Shown here in pieces: positions 35,601 to 45,032 of a DNA stretch of 53,203 nt. The stretch's first letter is position 1. Every line of letters starts with the position of its first letter. The translations under genes were made by a program, and so were the position numbers. The notes below the pieces were generated by a model. The model worked only from the letters and a program-made list of their open reading frames with translations. It was not told the DNA's origin and ran no database searches. Source of the DNA: a virus (lineage: Duplodnaviria; Caudoviricetes); IMG/VR virus record IMGVR_UViG_3300040733_000015, positions 1 to 53,203 of that record; one strand, written 5' to 3'.

Positions 35601-37670
35601 TTAAGCGGCGTTTTCGCTGCCGCCTGGCTTTGGTTCTTCCTGCTGTTGCATCTGTGCGGCCATCATCGCCCTTTGGTTCAGCACCATCAGGTGCATATTG
35701 ACGTGAGCATCGAAGATTTCTTCTAAGACTGGATTCTGTGCCTTCATTTCCTCGTAATCCACTGTCAGTCTGAACCGGTTGTGCCTGGAGATATGGCTGA
35801 TATGGTCGTCGTAGTCTACCGCCTGGGTGAACTGGCCTTGTGACAGCATCCTGTTTTCACGCTCAGCCTTGGCCAGGTGCAGCTGGGATTCATCGTCGGC
35901 GGACTCCCATTCGCCCATCTCGATCATTTCAAACACCTTGGAACGCATTTCACTGTTGATCTGTCCTGTTTCGGGATCCCTGAGAAGCCCGGACTCTAAC
36001 AGGTCAAAGACCATCTGCCGCTTTTGCGCCGGGCTGTCTGCCAGGGCGCTCATGTTGTCAAGGTAAACGTCCTCAGAGCGAATGTCTGTACCCATCCAGT
36101 CGATAACCTCGACCACATTGTTGCGGCCAACAGCGTGAATCGTGCGCGGCGCCTTCACATACTGCTTGGACAGCCGAAGCTGGATCTTGCCACTGGCGAC
36201 ATTGTACCGCTCGATGTTCTCAACGGTGTTGGAGATCCGGGTATCGTCCTGCTCCTGAACAATGGAAAGCGCCACACCGCTTTTAACTCCCGCCGGGGCC
36301 ATGGACTGACGGCTTATCTCGCTTACCCCGGAAAGGATAGCGAACTCATTGAGCAGCGTCTGTTCTTCGGTGTCAAAGGCCCTCGGCAGAGGTGGAGTTT
36401 CACGCAGTGTCGGCTTCCTGGTGCCTCTGTTGTACTCGGTAATCGAGCCTGGCATACCGGCGTCAGCTTCAAACGCATCCATATCGTCTATGGAATCGAC
36501 CTCAATATCATACTGACCAATGGCAGCACGGTTAAGGTATTCCGCCTTCCGGTTACGCAGCGCATTGTACCTGCGCTGGACCGGTATAAGCCTTTCCAGT
36601 ACCGTCTTACCCCAGAATAGTCCTGGCCTTTTCAGGCATACCAGCATAGTAAAGGGTATTCCGGGCTTGTTATCGTCACCAACAAGGTAAGGCAGTTTGC
36701 CAGCATAGAGAAGTTTGCCGCCGGCTACAATAATAAGCCGTCCTTCCGGGTATTTTTTGGTTGGTATCTCCCAATACTCCTTGACAATAGCGTGTTTTTC
36801 CAGCTTGACATTGTGGACCATAAACCCGCCCTGCCCATAGCCAAACCCAAAACCCAGACCACCCATACCATGTGTGCTTTTGATCAGCTTTTCAACCTCA
36901 ACCTTTTCAGGTGCTACCTCCACGCCCCATATGTTTATAATATCCTCTGTGGCAAATGCCTTGCAGTGCATCAGGCTCTTGCACTTGGTTACGTCGCTGG
37001 CACTGGACGAATCAGGCAGGATTTCCTGCGCCGGGCAGACGATAAACTCCTGCTCACCTTCCCTTATTTCTACCTGCTGGCCCGGTTCTCCGGTTTCCTC
37101 GTTGGGCGCTCCCTGGTCAACACCAATAACTCTGCCAAGATTCGGGTTCCAGACATGCTTTCTAAACACGGTCCCGCACAGTTCTGACCACATAATTTCC
37201 TCTGCCTGCTTGTCGCGCAGGTTTTGGTCATTGTAGTTATTTTTTAAGATATGGCCGCCAACCTTGGCGCTGTGGACATCTTCAAGATCGGACGTTCCCG
37301 GGCGAACCTTTAAGATAGTGCGGACCTTTTTGAGCTTGGAAATACGAGTTTCGATGTTGGGCGCGATGTGGTTAAAGACCTCTCGCTCCTGCCAATCGTA
37401 CAGGATCGGCATTTCCTCTAAGGACATGGTGGCAGTGTTGATGTCAAGGTACTGGTTGCCCTCATACATAGCCAAATTAAGGCGCCACTGCAGTTCAAAT
37501 ATCCTGCGCTCAGTCATGCGGCGCGTGTACTCGGCGTTGACGAAATCAACCAGGTCGTCAATATGGACCGGCTTTTTCTCTTTGCTGCCGAATACGTTTT
37601 GAATACCGTTTTGGATGCCGGCAAGGGCATTTTTAAATGGTTGGGTAATGGATCCAAGTTCCAATGTCAA
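35601..37670 (-). CDS. Portal protein (P22-like size)
   Basis: 689 aa; YEGNQY, FNHIAP, LIPVQRRYN, SGVSEIS, KSGVAL. Confidence 0.85.
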   Translation of the reverse strand: MTLELGSITQPFKNALAGIQNGIQNVFGSKEKKPVHIDDLVDFVNAEYTRRMTERRIFELQWRLNLAMYEGNQYLDINTATMSLEEMPILYDWQEREVFNHIAPNIETRISKLKKVRTILKVRPGTSDLEDVHSAKVGGHILKNNYNDQNLRDKQAEEIMWSELCGTVFRKHVWNPNLGRVIGVDQGAPNEETGEPGQQVEIREGEQEFIVCPAQEILPDSSSASDVTKCKSLMHCKAFATEDIINIWGVEVAPEKVEVEKLIKSTHGMGGLGFGFGYGQGGFMVHNVKLEKHAIVKEYWEIPTKKYPEGRLIIVAGGKLLYAGKLPYLVGDDNKPGIPFTMLVCLKRPGLFWGKTVLERLIPVQRRYNALRNRKAEYLNRAAIGQYDIEVDSIDDMDAFEADAGMPGSITEYNRGTRKPTLRETPPLPRAFDTEEQTLLNEFAILSGVSEISRQSMAPAGVKSGVALSIVQEQDDTRISNTVENIERYNVASGKIQLRLSKQYVKAPRTIHAVGRNNVVEVIDWMGTDIRSEDVYLDNMSALADSPAQKRQMVFDLLESGLLRDPETGQINSEMRSKVFEMIEMGEWESADDESQLHLAKAERENRMLSQGQFTQAVDYDDHISHISRHNRFRLTVDYEEMKAQNPVLEEIFDAHVNMHLMVLNQRAMMAAQMQQQEEPKPGGSENAA

Positions 37671-37897
37671 TCACCCGCTTCCGCTCTATCCTTGTAGAAC
37701 CGCTGTACTCCCGCCTTGATAAAGTTCCTTGACCTTTTAGGGTTATTACCCTTTGGAGCAGTGCTTACCGCATACTCCGTTAAATCCTTGGCCATCAGGC
37801 GGCTGTAAAGGTCTTTGCGCTCACGGTCATGCTGAAATTCACGCCATCCCCAGAAGATAAGGATAGCGACAATAACAATACCGCCATCTATGGTCAT
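37667..37897 (-). CDS. Small membrane-anchored protein upstream of portal
   Basis: TM helix then ERKDLYSRLMAKDLTEY. Confidence 0.6.
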   Translation of the reverse strand: MTIDGGIVIVAILIFWGWREFQHDRERKDLYSRLMAKDLTEYAVSTAPKGNNPKRSRNFIKAGVQRFYKDRAEAGD

Positions 37898-38379
37898 TTA
37901 GCATCCTGCTCCTTCGCCTTCTCCTGCTTCCTGGATTCGGACACTTCTTTTTTCAGCCGGGCTATTTCAGCGTTCTTGACGCTGAGTTCCGTATTCTTGG
38001 CTGAGACCTCATCCTTTAGCTGTACGATCTCTTCTTTCATGGCCTGGGCCGCCAAAGCGTCCTTTACATCTTTGGGGTCAAAGGCAACAAGGACATGGCC
38101 TGGGTTTTCGGCAAGTTCATCCGCTGCCTGCTCCATGGTTTCAACTATCTCTTCCGGTATCTCCAGAAGTGCCATGCCTTCCTGGACCAGGGCCTTCTTT
38201 AGTTCATCCGGCAGGTTCCTGATCGCGCTCTCAGCGCATGACTTACACAATTTGAGGTTAATGTTATGCGGTCCATCCGGCCTGCCAACGAACCATACCG
38301 CCCGGCTATAGCAGTTAAAAATATCACAACTGGCCGCATCGAAAGGCTGCGGGAAAAACTGTGCTACTGTCTTATCCAT
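37894..38379 (-). CDS. Hypothetical Zn-finger/coiled-coil protein
   Basis: CDIFNC..LCKSC plus C-terminal coiled coil. Confidence 0.55.
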   Translation of the reverse strand: MDKTVAQFFPQPFDAASCDIFNCYSRAVWFVGRPDGPHNINLKLCKSCAESAIRNLPDELKKALVQEGMALLEIPEEIVETMEQAADELAENPGHVLVAFDPKDVKDALAAQAMKEEIVQLKDEVSAKNTELSVKNAEIARLKKEVSESRKQEKAKEQDAK

Positions 38380-38382
38380 GGA

Positions 38383-38835
38383 TTAATCCCGCCCCTTTCT
38401 TACTCCGCCAACGCCGGTTTGAAGCAGGAATCCAAGGAAGCCCCAGATCTTGTCTTTGATCTTGCCAAGACAAACCTCCGTGCCGATTTCCTCAGAATAA
38501 TTCTCCTTATCAACACAGGCAGCGGCCTCGACTATCTCAAATCCGTTGACCAGGACAGCCCTGACAAGGGTTGTCTTTTCTCCTATGGTGCTGGCATGGA
38601 CTTCCTTAATGAAGCCCTCTACCATTTGCGGCGATATTGAAATGTCTGTTTTCAGCCTGGGATTGGGGATGATCTTCATATATGCTTTTTCAAAGACATC
38701 TTTCGGGGACCAGCTGACATATCCATCCGGGTATCTGACCTTGTATCCCATTTCGCCGGCAGGGTGTCCGTTTGTTTCTTTGGGGTTTTCACCTAGCTCG
38801 GCCTCGATGATTTTTACTCCAATGTATTTATCCAA
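38383..38835 (-). CDS. Two-domain protein: YIGVK/DGYxSWSP domain fused to Gp49/Sf6-gp66-family domain
   Basis: KYIGVKIIEAE..GYKVRYPDGYVSWSPKDVFEKAY; LVNGFEIVEAAACVDKENYSEEIG..KIWGFLGFLLQ. Confidence 0.75.
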   Translation of the reverse strand: MDKYIGVKIIEAELGENPKETNGHPAGEMGYKVRYPDGYVSWSPKDVFEKAYMKIIPNPRLKTDISISPQMVEGFIKEVHASTIGEKTTLVRAVLVNGFEIVEAAACVDKENYSEEIGTEVCLGKIKDKIWGFLGFLLQTGVGGVRKGRD

Positions 38836-39273
38836 TTATTTACCCCCTTCAAAGCCAAGCAATTCAGCGGCTTTATCAGCGGTAATAATACTGGCCACGG
38901 CAGCATCAATGATTTGCTGGCGCCTTTGATGTTCTTTCCAGAAATCGTCCTGGCCGGTACCGGCGGGAACGCCTTGATTTTCGATACTCACAAGCACTCT
39001 CGGGTCAGCCTCTTTGTCCATGTTCACACCAGGAACAAAGGTTAGTGCCTCGGCAACCGCATAGCTGCCGTCAGGGTTCTTCTGTTGGGTCGTTACCTGT
39101 ACCAAACACCCGCTGGGCAGGTTGCAAACCTTGGTTGACTTCATCCAGCCTTGTTCCTGGGAGCTGGCCTTGCACAGCAGGGCAAAGGTGTCACCGTTAC
39201 CATAAACCTGCAGATCAGAGATATTAGCCTTTGCGCCCCGAACTTCCGTAATGTTTAAATCTTTTTCCTTCAA
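38836..39273 (-). CDS. Conserved phage hypothetical protein
   Basis: GNGDTFALLCKASSQEQGWMKSTK..GCLVQVTTQQ..AVAEALTFVPGV. Confidence 0.7.
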   Translation of the reverse strand: MKEKDLNITEVRGAKANISDLQVYGNGDTFALLCKASSQEQGWMKSTKVCNLPSGCLVQVTTQQKNPDGSYAVAEALTFVPGVNMDKEADPRVLVSIENQGVPAGTGQDDFWKEHQRRQQIIDAAVASIITADKAAELLGFEGGK

Positions 39274-39309
39274 AACTGATCACTCCTATTCAAATTTTGT
39301 ATGAGAAAT

Positions 39310-39366
39310 AAAAAAGGGAGTACCGGGACCACAACGCACATTATGCGCTCTGGCTCCAGCACTCCC
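39310..39366 (-). terminator. Long hairpin terminator
   Basis: gggagtgctgg...ccggtactccc then T6. Confidence 0.6.
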
Positions 39367-39392
39367 CGCAGGTTGTTCCTCTTGGGAAATTG

Positions 39393-39650
39393 TTATTTGA
39401 TTGTTGGCAATTCGCCCTCGTAGTCCTTCTGGCAATCAGGGCATTTAAGCAATAGCCTACCGGAAGAGTCACATCTAACACGATTGTAAACACAGTTTTC
39501 TTCATCATACGCTATCATGGGAGTTGTCGGAATGTTCTTTGTCGCTTTTAATTGGTTCACCGCTTCAACAAGTTCGTTGATTTTTGCCTCGACCATCTTA
39601 TTGGCTGCCCACTGCATTGTCCAATCGTCTATGGATAGTTTTTCTATCAC
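39393..39650 (-). CDS. Hypothetical protein
   Basis: KINELVEAVN..CPDC; RBS aaaggggtg. Confidence 0.55.
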   Translation of the reverse strand: MIEKLSIDDWTMQWAANKMVEAKINELVEAVNQLKATKNIPTTPMIAYDEENCVYNRVRCDSSGRLLLKCPDCQKDYEGELPTIK

Positions 39651-39773
39651 CCAATCACCCTTTCTTATACTTATTTACATGCTTGCGATCGCTCCTTGGA
39701 CTTCGCTTCCGCTTTGCTGGCCCTGTGCCGCCTTTCTTTTTGCCAGTGAAGTGCCGAGAGTCATTTGAGGTGG

Positions 39774-39938
39774 TCATTCCCTCACCTTCCGGGTGTTCCT
39801 CTCGTCAATAACAACAATCTTCCCCGCTTGAATCCGGGCCGTCACTTCGCCGTATTCGATCTTGCGGATAGCGGCTATTACTTCCTGCTCCTGCTTGGTC
39901 ATACCGTAACCGATGATGTCCCTGTCTGTCTGCCCCAT
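39774..39938 (-). CDS. DUF2292/YezD-like small protein
   Basis: Below ORF-track cutoff; 54 aa with IRKIEYGEVTARIQAGKIVVIDE. Confidence 0.6.
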   Translation of the reverse strand: MGQTDRDIIGYGMTKQEQEVIAAIRKIEYGEVTARIQAGKIVVIDERNTRKVRE

Positions 39939-40159
39939 CACTTCACCCCCGGCCTAACACGATTGATCACATTTGTCTCAGCCTGCTTCATAACTTCCGG
40001 GGTTACTCCATGCAGGAGCAATGCCTCTTTCAGCACTTCCTGCCGCCACATGATCTGCTGCAACTGGCCTTTCAGCCACTGGGTAAACTCTGGCAGGCTT
40101 GAAGCCGTGTCGCGCTGTTCTTCGCGCCGTTGTTGGCGGGTTTGTTTGGGTTTCATCAC
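39938..40159 (-). CDS. Hypothetical protein
   Basis: Translationally coupled to neighbours. Confidence 0.5.
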   Translation of the reverse strand: MMKPKQTRQQRREEQRDTASSLPEFTQWLKGQLQQIMWRQEVLKEALLLHGVTPEVMKQAETNVINRVRPGVK

Positions 40160-40341
40160 AGCACCACCTTTACTACACTATCACCGCTTACAAGATACAA
40201 CTCATTCTCTGGAATTTCCTTTGATGTCACCAGTTTGCAGATAATGCTCTTGCCGATTGGTATTGGTGCCGACTCGGAATCTTGGGTGGCTAGTTCAACC
40301 AATTTTTGAAGTGTTAAGTGGTTTTTGTACGTCAACATCAC
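40156..40341 (-). CDS. Hypothetical protein
   Basis: Translationally coupled to neighbours. Confidence 0.45.
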   Translation of the reverse strand: MMLTYKNHLTLQKLVELATQDSESAPIPIGKSIICKLVTSKEIPENELYLVSGDSVVKVVL

Positions 40342-40739
40342 AGCACCTTCTTTATGGCGGACCAGAGGGCGTCGATGAGTTCTTCAAAATCAGTACCATC
40401 TTCCTGTACTACACAATAACGATCTGGTCCGTATAAATTTGACGACACAATACTCCAGCCGTCAGAATTACTGTTGGCTACAGTCCATTCAGCAGGATCT
40501 ATTCCGTTTAGCAACTCAATGCACTGGCCGATTGAGAGCAGGGGAAGACAGTCATGCCACAAGAACCTTGATATATCTTCACTAGGAAGAAGTTTAAACA
40601 AGCAGGTAAACTGCATTTTATCATACGGTCTTGTTAAAAAGTACCAATCACCCTCTGCTGGCGTCCACCACCCCCTAAGCCGTTCCTTCTGCTCCGGGGT
40701 GAGTTCGTCAAGCTGTTCCTTGGTTATCCGCTGTCTCAT
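40338..40739 (-). CDS. Conserved phage hypothetical protein
   Basis: MRQRITKEQL..WWTP..LPLLSIGQCIELL..ELIDALWSAIKKVL. Confidence 0.65.
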   Translation of the reverse strand: MRQRITKEQLDELTPEQKERLRGWWTPAEGDWYFLTRPYDKMQFTCLFKLLPSEDISRFLWHDCLPLLSIGQCIELLNGIDPAEWTVANSNSDGWSIVSSNLYGPDRYCVVQEDGTDFEELIDALWSAIKKVL

Positions 40740-40756
40740 GGGTTGTCCCCCTTGTT

Positions 40757-41065
40757 TTATTTTTGCCCCGGCAACCTGCCGTTGCTCTTGCAGATTCCAT
40801 GCAATGCGGTCGCCAACTCGTCAACAAGGGTTTCCGGGTCACATTGCTTGGGGTCAATGCCCCTGTAGTTTATAATGCCGTGAACCATTTCATGCCAAAG
40901 TGTCTGCTCCTTGCTCTACTCGCCGAACGTCTCTTTGTTGGATACTTTAATTATGTGCTTATTGTAGTCAATCAGCCCACTGCACTCTCTTCCGTCTACA
41001 AGTAAAACCTCGTCGGTTTCTATAACGGCGTAGTCATAGCATCCAATTGTTACTTTCTCAGGCAT
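40757..41065 (-). pseudogene. HExxH metallopeptidase-like phage gene interrupted by in-frame TAG (codon 50)
   Basis: MPEKVTIGCYDY..GLIDY..TFGE*SKEQTLWHEMVHGI..ETLVDELATALHG; frame continues 52 codons past TAG at 40916-40918. Confidence 0.75.
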
Positions 41066-42717
41066 CACGCCAACCTTCTCCTTTGCTTCGGTCCTTTGAG
41101 CCCCTTCGCCAGCCGTTCCTTGTCCAGCTGCACCCTGGTCTTTTCCTCCTTGGGCGGTTCGCTGCGCTTCTTGTGCCACGCTATGAGGCCGTACACCGCA
41201 CCCTTGAACGGGTTTGTATAGACGTGCGGGTCCTCGGATACCTTCTCATTGTCCTTCTCATCGTTGACCAGCTCCGGTATTGCCTCGATCAGTGCCGTAC
41301 AGGTCGAGAATATCTGCAGCTTGGATATGGTCCGTTCCTGGCGTTCGTCATAGAAGGGATCAAGGTACTCATGGAATACCGCCTTCTGGAGAATCCGGTC
41401 CGTCTTAGTGTCCCTCGGTGGCTCAATACAGCCGGTCAAGCCGCCCTCGGTATAACAGTCGATAATGCTCTTGCCGTCAGAAGGCTTCGGGTTCTCTGCC
41501 ATGTAGCCTCGGCCTGTCCTGTTCCAAGCGTCACGGCCAACGCAGGTAAATGATATGCGCTCCGATATCGGCTTACCGCTTTCATCTTTGTCCGGGCTGC
41601 CCACTTCTCCGCCCTGGACTGACTTCCTGACCACCTCCCTGGCCTGCTCTGAATAGGTAACTCTCGGGTCTTTCTCGGTCCGGGTATATTCACGGTACAA
41701 ATAAACAATCCCCTCATCGGATACCGCAAACCAGCAGTGATAGAAGGGATCGGCATAACCTGGGTCATTACCACGCCACCGGCGCCACCAGTGCGGGATC
41801 TTGAAAGGCTTGCAAACATGGATACTCTGGGTAAACTCAGGGAAGGCTGTCCCTTCGCCGGCTGACATGGCCTCTTCTGGGGTACTGGGATATTCCTGCC
41901 TCCATGAATTAGGCATAGCCTTCTTGGTTTTTTCGTGCCAATCATGGGTTCTGCGGGGGTCCGTCCGCCAGGGAAGGAAGATACGGATAAATCCATAGTC
42001 CTCCGGCTTCTTGCAGATTGCCTCGAAGAATGAGCCCCGCTTGTTGGAGCTAAGGCCTATGACCTGGCCGCCTGTTGGCCGGTTGACTGTCGGATATATG
42101 CCTGACCAGATTTCTTCCGCCCACTGCTGGTGCGCCCACTCATCCAGGATGACAAGGTTCTCTGTAAAGGACCGCCCAGAGCTGGGGGCGCTGGTAAAGG
42201 CATGAAACGCTGATGTCTCTTTATTTGGGTGGGTTATGGTTATGGTTTCAGTTGTCGATGTCCATATTGGGCCATTGAAATTAACCAGACTCTTTTTGTT
42301 CTTAGGTGTTTTCTCCCGTATCATCCAGTCGGGGAGCGCCCGAAGGATTACCTCTATTCTTCGTATAAGCTCCTTTGCTTCTTTTTCTGTTTTTGATACG
42401 CCCGCCACGGTAAAGCCGGGGAAGAATACCATGCGCCATACGGCATAAGAAAGCGCCAACCAGGTACACCCTAATTGACGCGCTTTGAGTAAGATAAGTA
42501 GTCGGTTGGAGAGGATAGCGATTAGGGCCTGCAGTTGCAACTTCCAGAGAATGAACTTTATTTTCACCCCTGGAGCATTATCCCCTAAAGCCTCGTCTTT
42601 GTCCTCAATATGCACCCATGCCTGGATAAAATGAGCGCAGGACGCTCTGCAATCATCAAGCTCCTGGTCTATCTCCATCTGCTCTATTTCTTCGGGTGTC
42701 CATTTTGTGGCCATCAC
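41065..42717 (-). CDS. terL: Terminase large subunit
   Basis: LKARQLGCTW Walker A, VILDEWA Walker B, RQEYP, GNDPGYADP nuclease. Confidence 0.92.
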   Translation of the reverse strand: MMATKWTPEEIEQMEIDQELDDCRASCAHFIQAWVHIEDKDEALGDNAPGVKIKFILWKLQLQALIAILSNRLLILLKARQLGCTWLALSYAVWRMVFFPGFTVAGVSKTEKEAKELIRRIEVILRALPDWMIREKTPKNKKSLVNFNGPIWTSTTETITITHPNKETSAFHAFTSAPSSGRSFTENLVILDEWAHQQWAEEIWSGIYPTVNRPTGGQVIGLSSNKRGSFFEAICKKPEDYGFIRIFLPWRTDPRRTHDWHEKTKKAMPNSWRQEYPSTPEEAMSAGEGTAFPEFTQSIHVCKPFKIPHWWRRWRGNDPGYADPFYHCWFAVSDEGIVYLYREYTRTEKDPRVTYSEQAREVVRKSVQGGEVGSPDKDESGKPISERISFTCVGRDAWNRTGRGYMAENPKPSDGKSIIDCYTEGGLTGCIEPPRDTKTDRILQKAVFHEYLDPFYDERQERTISKLQIFSTCTALIEAIPELVNDEKDNEKVSEDPHVYTNPFKGAVYGLIAWHKKRSEPPKEEKTRVQLDKERLAKGLKGPKQRRRLA

Positions 42718-43028
42718 TCATCACTTGCCGCTTTTTTGAGATACCTGACGTTCAGTCTCGGGACCACAACCTTGCCCTTGGCTGTCTTAACCAGTACATT
42801 CCTCGGGCCTTTGCCTCTACCGGTACATAAAACAGCGCCGGTTATGTCCCTCCATTTGGGGGCCGGCGCCTGATTCTTGGCTGCGTAATGGATTACGACC
42901 TGATCTCTATTGCGCTTGTGGAACTCCTGGCATTTCAGGGTGCAGGCAAATTCCTTGCACTTGGTTTGGCAGTGAAAGCAACAGCGCTTTCCGCATCCTG
43001 CCATGCCGTATTTGCAAAAGTCGATCAT
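42714..43028 (-). CDS. Cys-rich hypothetical protein
   Basis: Eight Cys in the first 35 aa; between terS and terL. Confidence 0.55.
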   Translation of the reverse strand: MIDFCKYGMAGCGKRCCFHCQTKCKEFACTLKCQEFHKRNRDQVVIHYAAKNQAPAPKWRDITGAVLCTGRGKGPRNVLVKTAKGKVVVPRLNVRYLKKAASDE

Positions 43029-43510
43029 GGGGAGGACTCCCCTCCCTCCACGGTTTCAAGGGCAGCTGTCAATTCCCGCTGCCTGCGTATTTCTTCCACG
43101 GCTGCTTTTCTTTCCTCCGGGGTCATTCCGGCTACACGGGACGTAACAGTATGCTCAATCGGGTCTCCGTCTTTCCCTGTAACCTCTTTGCGGACAGTCT
43201 CTTTATAAATGCCTGCCATCTCCAGAATAACCTTGCCGTGCTGGAAGGATCCCCTGACCGCCTCTCTCTGAAATGCGTGAACTACCGGCATTACGCTTTG
43301 CTTCACAACCTCCAGGGACACCTTGTTATAGTGGGCCACAAAATCAGGTTTTTCAAAGGCTCGGTAATACGTCCTGGTAGAACAATTTACCATGGCACAT
43401 ATTTCTGTGACAGGCTTCATCCTGTTTGCCGGATTCATCAAGAACTCAAGTATCTTTTCTTCTGTCTCGGTTGGCTGGTATTCCGTGACATTTTCAGCCA
43501 ATTCTATCAC
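43025..43510 (-). CDS. terS: Terminase small subunit (HTH)
   Basis: EIC..VNCSTRTYYRAF HTH; RKEVTGKDGDPIE tail; upstream of terL. Confidence 0.75.
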   Translation of the reverse strand: MIELAENVTEYQPTETEEKILEFLMNPANRMKPVTEICAMVNCSTRTYYRAFEKPDFVAHYNKVSLEVVKQSVMPVVHAFQREAVRGSFQHGKVILEMAGIYKETVRKEVTGKDGDPIEHTVTSRVAGMTPEERKAAVEEIRRQRELTAALETVEGGESSP

Positions 43511-43896
43511 CCCAATATATCAGGCACTTCTTGGCCTGGGTTTGCCCAATCTAAGTCAATCCCCAATACCTGCCTAAAGTCCTGAATGTTATGATTTACC
43601 AATTTGTTACCCGTTGGAGTTATGTGCAGTAGTTCGTGAAACATAAGCAAGGCCAGTTGTTTTTCGCTCATGTAATCACAGTTTTGCATATAGAAAACAA
43701 TACCCCATGGCTTTTCTGTAAACAGTCCAATGGGGTGAGTGTGGAATCTATAACATCTTGCCAGGGCAGGGGGTTTTGTCTCTAGTTCTCTAAGGAACAA
43801 AACAGAGTCCACTTCAACATGAGCCACATCATCCATCGAGTTAATAACCCTGGCTGCCAACTCTCTCATATCCGGGGATTCTTCCCACATTGCCAT
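43507..43896 (-). CDS. Putative phage metallopeptidase
   Basis: LLMFHELLHI..HNIQDF. Confidence 0.75.
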   Translation of the reverse strand: MAMWEESPDMRELAARVINSMDDVAHVEVDSVLFLRELETKPPALARCYRFHTHPIGLFTEKPWGIVFYMQNCDYMSEKQLALLMFHELLHITPTGNKLVNHNIQDFRQVLGIDLDWANPGQEVPDILG

Positions 43897-44038
43897 AAGG
43901 CGCTTGCTCCCTATATTAGTAAATATAACTTACACTTCATTTAATACTTACACATTATTAAAGAAATATAAGTTATTAAAGATAAAGAGACACCTTCAAA
44001 GGAAGATGTCTCTCTACTGGATTATTTTTCAATTCCGA

Positions 44039-44067
44039 ATTATATCAGAATATTGTCAATATGTCAC
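44039..44067 (-). promoter_or_regulatory. Candidate late promoter
   Basis: GTGACA-N17-TATAAT with TG extension in the AT-rich gap upstream of the packaging operon. Confidence 0.65.
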
Positions 44068-44153
44068 GTCTAGAGATTTTCCAGATTTCCTGATAAATAT
44101 TTTTTATTGGTACATGAGTATATCATATATTGATGTGAAGGAAATAACCGCCC

Positions 44154-45032
44154 CTAAGCAGGGGTGGCTATCTTTTTACCATAATTCTCCCATGAGGTTG
44201 TTTTCCATACTGCTTTATTATTTACCCACCGCGCAAACCTCATCTGGTATCTGTCGCGTTTATTATACGGCATTACGAAAGGATTAACTCTCAGGGACCT
44301 AAGCAGTTCCACGCGGTACAAATCTTCTTCCGGGGTTGTATTGTACCCAATCAGAACATAAAAGGTTAGTTGGTCCGGGTGTATGTATTTAGTTAACCTC
44401 TCAATGCCTGATCTTACTGCCTGCTCCAGATCCAGGCCGTCAAACGCAAAGTGTATCCTTTTCCACCGCTTTACTTTAGATAGCAGTTCGGCCATATCGT
44501 CGGTTATGAGCCGAATGTCTAAACCCTGGCTGAAATCAACTTTCACCTTCTCCTCGATTAACTGCTTGCATATCACCTCAAAACGATCAGGCATTGCCGT
44601 CAAATTGTTATCCAGTAGTTTTAGGTGTGTCTGTCCTGTCCAGAAGTCGTAAATATCACCTACCGCCCTAATGTGTCCTTCGCTCTGCCAAACCTTGCAG
44701 AATGGACACCGCCTGATACAGCCACGGGTCGTAAACCCCATGGCATACTCGCAGTTATACAGAAAATAGTCCGGGCACATTGAGTCTATTTCATCTGACA
44801 GTTTGCTTTTCGGTTCGTAAGCAATGCCGCCCTTGATCACAGGAATATCATTGGGGAAATAATCGTAGTCGCGAGAGAAGTCGAATGTTTTGCTGGCATA
44901 AATTAAATCCGGACGGTCAAACAAAGGATCATAGGGCTTAACACTGTCGCCCCTGGCCTTGTGGTAGGCAGACAGCTTCATCAACGCTAAATTGGGGATT
45001 TTGCTATCTACGTCAACAAGAGATATTTTCAT
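44154..45032 (-). CDS. Radical SAM protein
   Basis: TTRGCIRRCPFC (CxxxCxxC); PNLALMKLSAYHK, LLDNN, FSQGLDIRL. Confidence 0.9.
   Translation of the reverse strand: MKISLVDVDSKIPNLALMKLSAYHKARGDSVKPYDPLFDRPDLIYASKTFDFSRDYDYFPNDIPVIKGGIAYEPKSKLSDEIDSMCPDYFLYNCEYAMGFTTRGCIRRCPFCKVWQSEGHIRAVGDIYDFWTGQTHLKLLDNNLTAMPDRFEVICKQLIEEKVKVDFSQGLDIRLITDDMAELLSKVKRWKRIHFAFDGLDLEQAVRSGIERLTKYIHPDQLTFYVLIGYNTTPEEDLYRVELLRSLRVNPFVMPYNKRDRYQMRFARWVNNKAVWKTTSWENYGKKIATPA

Noticed and set aside
43904-44287. 127-aa + strand ORF
   Set aside because: Spans the AT-rich promoter region and overlaps the radical SAM 3' end; no RBS or motifs
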